A DNA stretch of 64,000 bases from a virus: positions 1 to 64,000 of IMG/VR virus record IMGVR_UViG_3300044695_006747. One strand, written 5' to 3'. The stretch's first letter is position 1, and each line of letters begins with the position of its first letter. The translations under genes and the position numbers were made by a program. Shown here one piece after another: positions 52,901 to 58,482 of the stretch. The notes beneath the pieces are model-generated. The model ran no database searches, had not been told where the DNA came from, and worked only from the letters and a program-made list of their open reading frames with translations.

Positions 52901-54151
52901 GTAATGGCTGGACTAGCCGCTCTTGGTCCCAAAGTTAAGAAAGTTAAAACTAGAAAAGATTATTTAGAAGAAATTATTAGAAATAATCAGCAGGCAATAG
53001 CAGTACTTAGAGCGGCAAATCTTGATTTTACTAAGTCTGAAAATATGAGAGAAAGCTTTAAAGGTAATCTCCCAACATTTATTCATCAAAAACAAATTGA
53101 TGATGGTACTATTGAGAGGAATAGTGCGGATAAAATTTTGCAAAACTTAATGAATAATCCAAAGATTCAGATGGCATTGCAGAACCCAATAGTAGCACGA
53201 TCCGTACAAGCGGCTTTGATGCAACAACAAGGATTCGGAGTACCAATATCAACATTCGAGGGTGGTCCCGGAGCTGTTAATATTCCTCAAAGATTAGCTC
53301 GTGGTGGAGTTGTTTATGCAAACGATGGAGCATTAGTGGGTTTTCAATCACGAGGAACCGACACAATTCCAGCGATGCTAACTCCTGGAGAGTTTGTGGT
53401 TAACAGAAGATCAGCTCAAAATAATTTACCATTGTTACAAGCTATAAATAGTGGCTTATATAATAAGGGTGGAAAAGTGTCGTATTTGGCTCGCGGCGGA
53501 GCTATTGCAGAAAGACAAGCAAATGCAACATTAAATTATGAAAAACAGATGCTTGAGAGAAGAAAAGCATACGAAGAAAATATGTTAAGAAAAAGACAAG
53601 CAGCAGAAAACGAGATGGAAAGAAGAAGAAATGCGTATGCTTCAGGAACTCCAATTCAGCAAATTACACAACAATTCAATCGGAATAGTGGCCAACCTAT
53701 TAGTTCCAATCAACTGGCTTTCTTGAGTGGAGGAACACCAGGAACAGAAGAACTTAGAAGAGCCTTATCCAATATTAATCAGGTTATGCTACAAGGATCT
53801 CAGTCTCTAAGCACAACACTCACCGCATTATCAAATACCATTAATAATTTTAATACAAATTTTGCTAATATAAATGAAATTAATAAACCGGCCTCAAATA
53901 GTGGTGTATCTAATACTAGTAATCCTGCGGCTACGTTGGATGCTCTTGGAAATAGGCTCAATCAATTTATTGAACAGCTACAAAACGCATTGCCACCAGT
54001 AATTAAAGTTGAAGGACAACACCAGGTTAATGTGGTCATTAATGGAGCTAGTATACTACAACAACTACTATCTGGTCCAATAGGAAATATAGTACAAAGT
54101 GCAATACAATCAGCATTTGACAAACAAAGCAGAAAGAGAGAGGGCTACTGA
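37982..54151 (+). CDS. Giant tape measure protein (5389 aa) with embedded enzyme-like domains
   Basis: TP901-type core near the N-terminus (FDRELVRISQV, INSVAAKFAVEASDI, ETIATGLRTIFTRI), Ala/Gln-rich helices, 7 DTVPAMLTPGEF repeats. Confidence 0.9.
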   Translation: MAKGFNLTAELNIRGPNNLRTVVSNIKKQVGSITANITPTVNRSNIRTIATDIRSQLGNINVAVGVTANRSSIQNLSRDIRNRLSGIDVPVSVRINRASITAARRDITRQLGSINANVNIAISATATRNAAGLNRTLTGLNQTLNQTTTSATNAAAAIQSFAAAMRGAASVNIPRNINIGLNTANTNATNAAASVQQLGGEVENFGRQAGLAIRRFAAFTTVTSVFYGLARAVQSGITSFIDFDRELVRISQVTGDNIRDVNKLASTVTQLATTYGVSSKELAGVSLTLAQAGLTAKETDRALKALALSALAPSFDDLNSTVEGSIALMRQFGISTNQLEGALGSINSVAAKFAVEASDIIAAIQRTGGVFAAASKGVSEGTDALNEFVAVFTSIRATTRESAETIATGLRTIFTRIQRGPTIEALKQFGVNLTDVEGKFVGAYKAVQLLSEGLTRLDPRDLRFSQIVEELGGFRQIGKVIPLIQEFATAQEALKVAQTGSGSLAEDAAKGQLALAVQISKVREEFAALIRSVGDTSSFRTLVKLGLDLASSLIQVADAAKELLPLIGIFTAIRGAQALTRFGAGFAQGVRGAPTRGFASGGYVPGVGNSDTVPAMLTPGEFVIRKKAVQKIGVGNLAKINRNSGGYIPEQYFNDGGQVQRFGIGGGAKKKGVNWKSLIKGRGKKGSRGPRGRFDLPQPGDADFAKWQREIYAEYDADPSLTRVKVNGIPMPPEIAYANQLITEEVFGDNVRKKSGKLKKTPLGLLISAAKMPRGPRAPAGEMEKIMAGYQQSPQFQKEAGGAGSSLFATLKGPLASFKKGGTFGGVITPGSDNATQIKAALGKLLTQSSGQDAVKAKTALDKFDSFIAGGTPEKPGHVSHFTWAMNQIFKKGIATFGRGGSASRRMGVFDFDMTTGITKQKETPSLSGFRDPKLAVPDILGASPTGLLELMKKYGASKVLTARSGGPRGEMRTALGTFFKRNGVMLPSSSIMTLGDQVGNLGTAEKKARALYDMVKKYGSVDFFDDDAANIDAAKMVRGVTAKKVALKNSGGYIQRLMAGSFAEEPSISEIAQIVTQYAYRDPSINSDPALQQAVLATVAKRNRTSANLATATKLAGLISTGSLNPNLARQILSSSNTIVPSGPRGKPTVQALSLQALKPGEETKFTRTIDGEEIDIVRGSPSAALSKRMTSAIDRGIQVAIKGTIEEALSDVISRDPSKRQQLIDLGVKFNKSGKAIAPKSMIDMAMKHGQINELRGNIFERTLMGLGATPGPKLPGKAAPVDALRIGDIVADIMSQGPSKISSDLPSEIKASVRKTRPSEATPDISKRGLVNQILRFKRLPGVQFKAKGGGIDGIRSEQAKSAILGKQLSGADMIKAARRAGYNIEELDNGLVQLSRNNKIMHTLSRPEASKLLGSISTGYNKGGPAGSDTVPALLTPGEFVINKKAAARLGSSRLHRLNRADKISGFNTGGEVGRVPTYSSGGDVQRFFFGGGARARPGMQATAENLMVPGGTMNQLREIINALNEMGLASSRSADLLRRSGRVSVQAANDAYEADILRLRVAGAPMDTILQAEARLANMRQQGAQQVRAQRQLSGVGGAQLQVVEDVAQQNIQRMFARAQAAGVDLNETQRARIEDMGYRRASQAGGLSTAQTAGLSGNDLRQYINAAMGDPRTFEQMNRQFEARRRAELNNQYIAENRFGGDRRRILQQASRDAAEEARIRRQTLNQTRGAAGPGASTGQRVQQGMFGASFAIPMLAQMLAGDPSRAATAGGAAQSAAIQGAGNTVAMGTMIASMFPPGLGQGLALAATAAASVAQAFIDARNATIEFEKNLAAKKVEMALEDTGRLFEKLAKDVKDIDVQNSIGQKLIEASSASQRAIEIQATTAKAFWVNMFDAFGGGDRTQRAESSQRSQILDRFGTSAYLETTTLGQGFLGGRGTAQNRANEARLSYTSQMIPEQSREISKQFAPIADNAIKLIEEKVRGGLKIEDYINTDEFKKLGNAIALANTAVAEQVLRIRNSTILTDSQKAAQEKLIIATFAEEEARKRASIAAREIQLKEVQKVTTQLSRSLERMFQNMEQSINKTNFGLEKMSRELDLVSASLTGQAKAGEGALNAINILQNPRAYGEADLTAARGQAAGFFGGSGDIIKGLLTLGDDIEATIMGTINKTVRESEGDSPAKIAIAIEKSVKDKLQTLQLPSDVSEKLAREVKVALNEIRKEGDEKADFTQIEEKLKDLGRILESTRRAQEVALKALENWQTSLNNYTSSINTLADLQIDFQARLRKSSELIIDSQLNLARTLGKDISLENLIGNRNALTRQQTGGLTSPQDIFRNINRLEAQRRQQEGAVDVARQRGPTGLKDFMAMSNSLKLTNVALRENYDALRNLAENSDIAAAALNKIQEAQQRQQGKVGFIEKLVTSTPEEFESLNRAFTRLQNNANGQVNTINNSIGAQKAYIEAINGGATAFEAMRAAQTAFANERRDTLSALNDLLPFLGSGQQANQIRANTLESMLMESGVGVSPMFADVLNALRNPETDPETQRAIALYQEANQLQLAANALLNQINQSLQAETAEKSAKAIADALANTVLTFKNAEQADLNRGVIPQNRATGGIIYASNGAFAPRGTDTVPAMLTPGEFVVNKSATAKNLPLLKSINSQKYSSGGKVRYYAGGGLVSSYLNRNSWNIDGFQESSDKFLDPSNPDVSALLDSGKMTKKLQVLPNVWYRMPSSNNLQTPRSGSVLDPKKRIPTELNITDLYPSSGDILPGMVSHSISISDIIEANRLSASPGRLTLSTTPPGLDKNIIFGIDGDKSIDLITKNIKKSEFEQYKKDMNKVKNNFESISWIQDAANPLSLLLMSNLGDQGYPTTITPLAKDARNLNPNSRERNRVLYYGNQLVPEDKDYGKLWEWTSGSVRTNALTIGDPPHKPNFDNTAEDAIRQITKISAISPKGINKSSPGIVKPKEIKDIVQYHKKQFDVIKKSVILADNNFKDIKFIDTPEVRKYQELQTQFTNLYNNLSPYEVFEDLSLFDHPFLKNAKSLIVTSNAAPTRDDIKKYIENKQANLEPGSTQPNNNGNPILVGLLDALDGNLNNLTQEWVKKREFDIFPQGPGGVKQFPYLVNANIGDLGKGFTERAKQAALDQQDRISQELVFDNRKMRLTLGAGKNIDLPYSATYTKYSGPLWDNTTKSFSEDANKQLKDLYLPEDANIFKGLDISSQRLFSSKQPFDLNAAGYSIPDNSANKLIELITNNGDQNQIDQAKNDIIKNSTLTFPHKGPNASGSLVKLQNAVGQQIFSAYSQLPSTTFNFGEFLAQAITDYAVNNKKEAGIAAGKIADQKMGKEIIGDAPMETVRVLQTLTQGALSVFGRRPVPGLPRGWLFNNIRSLGGILPRGGRTSVGKLTNNEQAKSAAGIIRNVINNAGAYVSNLSGRVNNPQLYNGLKDVYGLMWGAYKAFDSINKSDTRNLAQLLKIDQVNAGNGGSVVDIESIFRMLGGSAAFEKAAAAPLSEDYKTMLGNQLVGSKITTVDAAGNIKLVNPVDAPPPKIDNYSDLMNLALNPYNEFSSRTVRSSIFDKLIGDISTAVDNRGMPYFDPNTSNFLIGSLDTLKKWYGGDGAWLGQDYLFDKAANADPVARGQQFTANLDAGRGLYEMSNMAHQNLGGSVKFGDLPNDLWFQNRIAAGNFATGGLVYASNGTLVNFQPRGTDTVPAMLTPGEFVVNRAATQKNLPLLKSINSNTYMADGGLLETPKTVQGVTIPGRDNLSPRINRIDKNIAYNTSGISTIQKDISVIKDSIDKLLSDQTMLSQSLDTVNKLKNDIMMIADMVMKSPAAIYDQMLVALRQLWTEVGNGLTATLQGLMNAPWPAVPFNRGGPVYASQGKLIDFQPRGTDTVPAMLTPGEFVVNAKATKNNLGLLQSINQGVGGYSRGGVVYLEDGGLTPGAKQTLTDLQNQGYNLQDIVSGKTRVPGVVIEASKIPDDPMMPTKPAPNIETYRENPRLWNGFKDASGFWWNKRGESVISAYGAPPALPNFQERMQAFESIVSAFAGAGGVGGGRGKLADVRGLPAGMPMQRNAPGPLGTGVAIPYSIGRPNPNNVPKANSGGLTLDAIRDPLTGNYYVSDTPARNIILSGRQGLPAPKSRQRARSPLDLENGKIPDSITNPKAKEFMHLAIKEMIGYTEFMNLVKLKVQGSDRTYSSLLKFLALDVFPKGNAYGVDSLDKAISFFNTPEGIELYNKKISSKIGAVPEIGGYNASIINQNSKTGGGGITERLLKELFQQNIFHISKRSANVPNDLNSRMVSLIPSTTGLLYDDNIAKLLSSAGVTPRVDSNRVSYVFDVDEAGKDWGLLNPDQRTYLQQFAPKATGSESSNMKRGQLRTSPRERLSQSNTPPKLSDFAPNVTPVSKKAFHGSGSEIMQIDPNKLAQGMLGEAFYVGFNPNEAPITYLKMRLDSWLLANNLKSGNVTPEQIAEFKGGIYPVEIMGGIDDFLAADQVLKDNPAALSKIEAIYRDLELRKVKLGPIQYTNDPTTGKPKVSRTESPLDLASSTVMDAYDNIQNQLAAKYEAEFAGKSNIPDARFEALTRSATDMRKMFVKYGIPGFTDLNNARGQGSMAGIFDIDRISVGDVYIPDEVLRKVLGTDDITEAKRQIEFIKTGKYPDQDAFKGLEAMGELLSKQQPAYKSRGGAIYASKGQLINFEPRGTDTVPAMLTPGEFVINRQATQKHLPLLQAINNGAQGYSDGGVVYLQPGGRVPVNPAMPRGPRTKEEKEAYKRGGLRDKLQAQSKNRFDTQALAAQKNQNGRLWIFTLPREDLLKDGDGNPLNNGIQYLLKDANGKPSDNLSTESLAAMDISKIFSLRNNNARDAKKDLINMQPLNIFKLAKAIPQDAVSAISKARQQQARKSFDQKILDELSYQIQTKQDMFSIFNPNFFNTDGAIVDKYNQEMSEIIDRMDLNNPASVMAGLAALGPKVKKVKTRKDYLEEIIRNNQQAIAVLRAANLDFTKSENMRESFKGNLPTFIHQKQIDDGTIERNSADKILQNLMNNPKIQMALQNPIVARSVQAALMQQQGFGVPISTFEGGPGAVNIPQRLARGGVVYANDGALVGFQSRGTDTIPAMLTPGEFVVNRRSAQNNLPLLQAINSGLYNKGGKVSYLARGGAIAERQANATLNYEKQMLERRKAYEENMLRKRQAAENEMERRRNAYASGTPIQQITQQFNRNSGQPISSNQLAFLSGGTPGTEELRRALSNINQVMLQGSQSLSTTLTALSNTINNFNTNFANINEINKPASNSGVSNTSNPAATLDALGNRLNQFIEQLQNALPPVIKVEGQHQVNVVINGASILQQLLSGPIGNIVQSAIQSAFDKQSRKREGY
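39770..53460 (+). repeat. Seven coding repeats GGx(n)G[TS]DT[VI]PA[ML]LTPGEFV
   Basis: Asp codons at 39812, 42278, 45887, 49130, 49685, 52130 and 53360, all in frame. Confidence 0.92.
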
Positions 54152-56988
54152 TGACTAGTATTTATTACAACAGTCCACTAGGAAGTACGTCGGCTAGTAC
54201 TGGTACGAGCGATTTTCTATTAGTTAGCACTCTATCTTATCACAACTCATTAGCAGCATACAAAGATAAATATATTCCCTATTATATAGAACACACAACA
54301 TTAGAAGAATGGGAATATGGATTAGGCATAGTAATAGATAATGGTGGCGGACAGGATGTATTAGTTAGACAAGGAAATGCATTATATCCATTAGCCACAG
54401 TATATTCATCTTCCAATAGTAATAATAAAGTAACTTTTAGTGCAGGAACTAAGAATGTTACAACAGTTATTAGTCCCGAAAGAATAAATCACGGCGGTAA
54501 TAATTACAGTTATCAAGCTAATAATTTCACAGCAGATACTGTTCAAACAACTTATGGTGTTTTGGCTAGCGGGTCAGGAGTGTCTGTTGGATTACCATTA
54601 GCTAGTGGTAATAAAAATTTAGTATTAAGTTTTAAACTATTACCAAATAGTGACAATAATTTAACTATTAGTCCATCCGGATCAGATAAGATAGATGGAT
54701 TATCATCAACAACACTAACTGTTGCAGAACAATATACATCATTAATTTCTGATGGTAGCGGATGGTACGAATTAGTACCTTTGATAGATGTAACCGGAGT
54801 AGGATTACCAGTCGGATCTGTTGGTGCTATACAGTTTAAAAATTCTTCTACATTATTTGATGGTAGCGATCAATTATTCTGGGAATCCACAAGCGGTACT
54901 TTATTGATAGGAGATAGTAACGCTTCGTCAGCAAGTATAATTCTACCATCGTCTGGTCAAAACATAATATTTAATAATCAACAGTATAATAGCGATTTCG
55001 TTGTTAAGGGCACAGGTACTAATCAATTATTTTTTGACGCTTCTACTGGACGATTAGGAATTAATACAGGTTCCCCATCCACAATACTACACGTAGTTGG
55101 AAGATGCGCTAACGATACATTGAAGGTAGAAAGTTCCACAGAATGTCCAACAGGTGTTGCGCTAACACTGTACCATAGTCCAAATACTGGATCACAAACG
55201 GGAGACTATCCTGCGACTATTAATCTTGCTGGTAGAAACGCTAGTGCTCAACAAATCAACTATGCTCAAATACGATCCAGAATTTTAGGCACAGCACTAG
55301 GGGCAACAAGCGGAGAACTATTATTTAACGTTGATCATTCTGGAGTGTCAAAAAATATAGCATCTTTCAATGTTGGATCTATCAATCTAGGATTAAATGC
55401 TCAAAGTATTCAAAGCTCTAATAATATAGTCATTGGACAATTAGCTAAAGATAGCGGCAATAATAACATTTTGTTAGGACACTATGCTGCAATTTCCGGA
55501 GCATTATCTAGCCAAAATATAGTATTAGGTAATAGCACATCAACAAGAGGATCTAATAATATAGTTGTGGGTCATAATACTAATATATCTGGCATATACG
55601 TATATAATATTGGAGATTCAGCAACAGTTAACTCAAACTATACATTTAATCTTGGACAAAATAATACCATCGATGGAACATCTAATTTTATTATTGGTTC
55701 TGGTAATACGGTAAATTCCACCGATTCTTATGTGTTAGGAAACAGCAATGATACAAATGATACCAAAACATTTATTATTGGTGAAAATTTAATATCACAT
55801 AATACAAGTGGATATATTGTTGGATTTGATAATAATATTAGCGGGTTGTTAAATACTATTAATGGTAATAGTATATATGTCACAGGAAATAGTAATACTG
55901 TACTGGGCCAAAGCAATACCATTATAGGATCAAACAATGATATTCTAGGAGATATCAATTCTATAACTGGATCCGGTAATACTGTGTTTGGAGAAAACAT
56001 ATCAGTAAATGGATCTGGATGCGTAATTTTTGGTAAAGATCTTAGCGTTAGTAATAATAATAGCATTATTATAGGCAATGGAAGCAATGACCTAGCAATA
56101 TCGTCGGGATCTCTAGTATACAATTCTGGTACAAATAATGCCTCATTTATTGTTTATGGTTCAGCTGCTAACACAGGATTGTTCTATCAAAATAATTTAC
56201 TCGGTATAGATAAAATTCCAAGCGGTTATCTTCTTGATATAAATGGATACTTAAGATCCACAGGAATATACACAGATAACCTTAGATACGGATCATCGGC
56301 CACTAGTGGATCTATTATGGTTTCGGATAGTAGTGGAAATGCTAGTTGGCAAAATATATCAACTGTACAACAGTATTTAGTCAATGATTTAGTAGATACA
56401 GCATTAATAAATAAGCAATCGAATTCATTTGGTAGCACTAGTGGACTATATTGGAGCGCGAGTAGTGGACTATATCTATCGATAGGAGGCATTTCTTCAT
56501 CGTTCATTGTTGCATCAACTGGTAATGGTCCACTGATAGTGAATAATAATAATTTAGCTAGAACTAATGTTTTTAATATCAAAGATTCTGATAATGAAAA
56601 CTTATTATTAGCTAATTCTACAAATAAAAGAGTTGGTATTAATATTACTCCATCTTATAATTTTCATGTATCTGGTGTTACTAGAATACAAAATAGTTCA
56701 TTAGATTATATTGATAAATCAGCTAATGTATTTAAAATCTCATACGATGAAAGTGTTAGTGTTCTTAAAAATTGGCAGATAACGTCGTCAGGATTATTAA
56801 TTAAACAAACAAATGAAGGATCTTTAATTCCGATTCAATCATTCTCTAGCTCAACACCAACAGATGTTACAAATGTTCATATGCTAGTATTAGAATATAA
56901 TCCAGCACTATCAACGTACCAAGTAAAATTTACTAGTGGTGTATATGGTGGCTTTTCTGTCTTTACTGGTTCTATTGATGATCAATAA
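54151..56988 (+). CDS. Tail-associated fibre/spike protein with YadA-like beta-roll repeats
   Basis: EWEYGLG N-terminal domain; many N-x-I-[IV]-G-x-x-N repeats. Confidence 0.65.
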   Translation: MTSIYYNSPLGSTSASTGTSDFLLVSTLSYHNSLAAYKDKYIPYYIEHTTLEEWEYGLGIVIDNGGGQDVLVRQGNALYPLATVYSSSNSNNKVTFSAGTKNVTTVISPERINHGGNNYSYQANNFTADTVQTTYGVLASGSGVSVGLPLASGNKNLVLSFKLLPNSDNNLTISPSGSDKIDGLSSTTLTVAEQYTSLISDGSGWYELVPLIDVTGVGLPVGSVGAIQFKNSSTLFDGSDQLFWESTSGTLLIGDSNASSASIILPSSGQNIIFNNQQYNSDFVVKGTGTNQLFFDASTGRLGINTGSPSTILHVVGRCANDTLKVESSTECPTGVALTLYHSPNTGSQTGDYPATINLAGRNASAQQINYAQIRSRILGTALGATSGELLFNVDHSGVSKNIASFNVGSINLGLNAQSIQSSNNIVIGQLAKDSGNNNILLGHYAAISGALSSQNIVLGNSTSTRGSNNIVVGHNTNISGIYVYNIGDSATVNSNYTFNLGQNNTIDGTSNFIIGSGNTVNSTDSYVLGNSNDTNDTKTFIIGENLISHNTSGYIVGFDNNISGLLNTINGNSIYVTGNSNTVLGQSNTIIGSNNDILGDINSITGSGNTVFGENISVNGSGCVIFGKDLSVSNNNSIIIGNGSNDLAISSGSLVYNSGTNNASFIVYGSAANTGLFYQNNLLGIDKIPSGYLLDINGYLRSTGIYTDNLRYGSSATSGSIMVSDSSGNASWQNISTVQQYLVNDLVDTALINKQSNSFGSTSGLYWSASSGLYLSIGGISSSFIVASTGNGPLIVNNNNLARTNVFNIKDSDNENLLLANSTNKRVGINITPSYNFHVSGVTRIQNSSLDYIDKSANVFKISYDESVSVLKNWQITSSGLLIKQTNEGSLIPIQSFSSSTPTDVTNVHMLVLEYNPALSTYQVKFTSGVYGGFSVFTGSIDDQ

Positions 56989-57001
56989 AAGGAATAAATA
57001 A

Positions 57002-58453
57002 ATGACACAATTTATACATAAAACTAATAGATTAAGTCCCAAACCTCCAGATCCTACAGAGATACAGCAAGGAGAAATATGCTTAAATACATACAATTTG
57101 GGTAGTCATTCTAATGGAATTAATAATGGTAGACTTTATATTAAAACAGATAGTGGGGAGGTTAGAAGATTTATTAGTTTGGGACTACACGGAAGTAATG
57201 ATCCATCACTGAAAGTTAAATATGGAGGCAGTAATAATTCATTCAATGGAGTTTCGGACAATACAGACACTGCTTATGATTCATTAATGGTTTTTCAATA
57301 TAGTTCAGCTGGTAATCATGTTATCAATAAAACAGCCACCAACAAGTTGACATGGAGTAGCGGAGACAACAGACTAAATATCAATAGATCACTAGCTGCT
57401 CAGTCAACACTTCATGTTGGCGGAAATGTATCTATAGATACCATGAGCACATGGTCAACAACTTTTACTTCTAATTTTCAAATTATCGGTAGAGATATCG
57501 GAGATAATAATACTCTCAAACAAATTTCTTCGATAGACTTATTTTCTTTACTTCCATCAAATACTATCAATGTGTCATTATTGTCTGGTGTGATACCACT
57601 AGCGAACGGAGGCACAGGAGCCAATTTATCTAGCAATATAGGAAGCGATAACGGAAGCATAGTATATTTTAGCGGCACAACACTAACATATAATTCAAAC
57701 TTCAAATGGGACAACCCAAATAGCACATTTGTACTAAACGGGGCTTTTGAGTTTGATGCGCCAGATGATACATTAGATAATGCTGTGCCACTTGGTGTTA
57801 ATAGTGCTAATAAAATAGTACGTATGGATTATACATTTAATCAGGATTTGAATGATAATGATGATGTAATATTTAATACATTAACATTAGATAATAATAG
57901 TTTTGATGCTGGTGTTTTAACTGTTAATAATATGCAAACAGACAGCTCTCCTTACAATGCGGTTCCTGTTGGTATCGATGCTTCAGATCGCATTGTTAAA
58001 ATGTATTATACATATAATCAAAATCTTAATACAACAGATAATGTTAATTTTGAAAAAATTACTTTAAATGGTAATACTGGTGCCGGAGATACCCTTGTTC
58101 TGACTAATCTACAAAGTAGTACTGGTGGCACGGCGTTAGAGATTGATGCTGGCGGTAATGTTTATAAATCTAGTTCTACTCGTAAATTAAAAGAAAATAT
58201 AGTAGACTATGATAAGGGTTTAGAAGAAGTACTACTAATGAATCCTAAATATTTTAATATGATTAATGATACTAATAAAACATTAAGAGCTGGCCTTATA
58301 GCAGAAGATTTAGCTGATATTGGTTTGGATGAATTTGTAGTAAAAGATTCTGATGACAATCCGTCAGCAATTAATTATGATAAAATAGTTGTAGTACTAA
58401 TTAATGCTATCAAAGAACTAAAAAATAAGTTAGATAATATATCATCTAATTAA
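57002..58453 (+). CDS. Tail fibre with C-terminal intramolecular chaperone (peptidase S74-like)
   Basis: SSTRKLKENI...GLIAEDL...INYDKIVVVLINAIKEL. Confidence 0.85.
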   Translation: MTQFIHKTNRLSPKPPDPTEIQQGEICLNTYNLGSHSNGINNGRLYIKTDSGEVRRFISLGLHGSNDPSLKVKYGGSNNSFNGVSDNTDTAYDSLMVFQYSSAGNHVINKTATNKLTWSSGDNRLNINRSLAAQSTLHVGGNVSIDTMSTWSTTFTSNFQIIGRDIGDNNTLKQISSIDLFSLLPSNTINVSLLSGVIPLANGGTGANLSSNIGSDNGSIVYFSGTTLTYNSNFKWDNPNSTFVLNGAFEFDAPDDTLDNAVPLGVNSANKIVRMDYTFNQDLNDNDDVIFNTLTLDNNSFDAGVLTVNNMQTDSSPYNAVPVGIDASDRIVKMYYTYNQNLNTTDNVNFEKITLNGNTGAGDTLVLTNLQSSTGGTALEIDAGGNVYKSSSTRKLKENIVDYDKGLEEVLLMNPKYFNMINDTNKTLRAGLIAEDLADIGLDEFVVKDSDDNPSAINYDKIVVVLINAIKELKNKLDNISSN

Positions 58454-58482
58454 TTTAGGATAATTATACAGGATATGTTTTT

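Noticed and set aside
53903-53915. GGTGTATCTAAT late motif inside the tape measure 3' end
   Set aside because: Intragenic and about 245 nt from the next start; could be chance at this AT content
12251-54151. Inteins or introns explaining the long TerL and tape measure
   Set aside because: No Hint N-/C-terminal motifs (C/S start, HN end) or LAGLIDADG motifs noticed; frames are continuous
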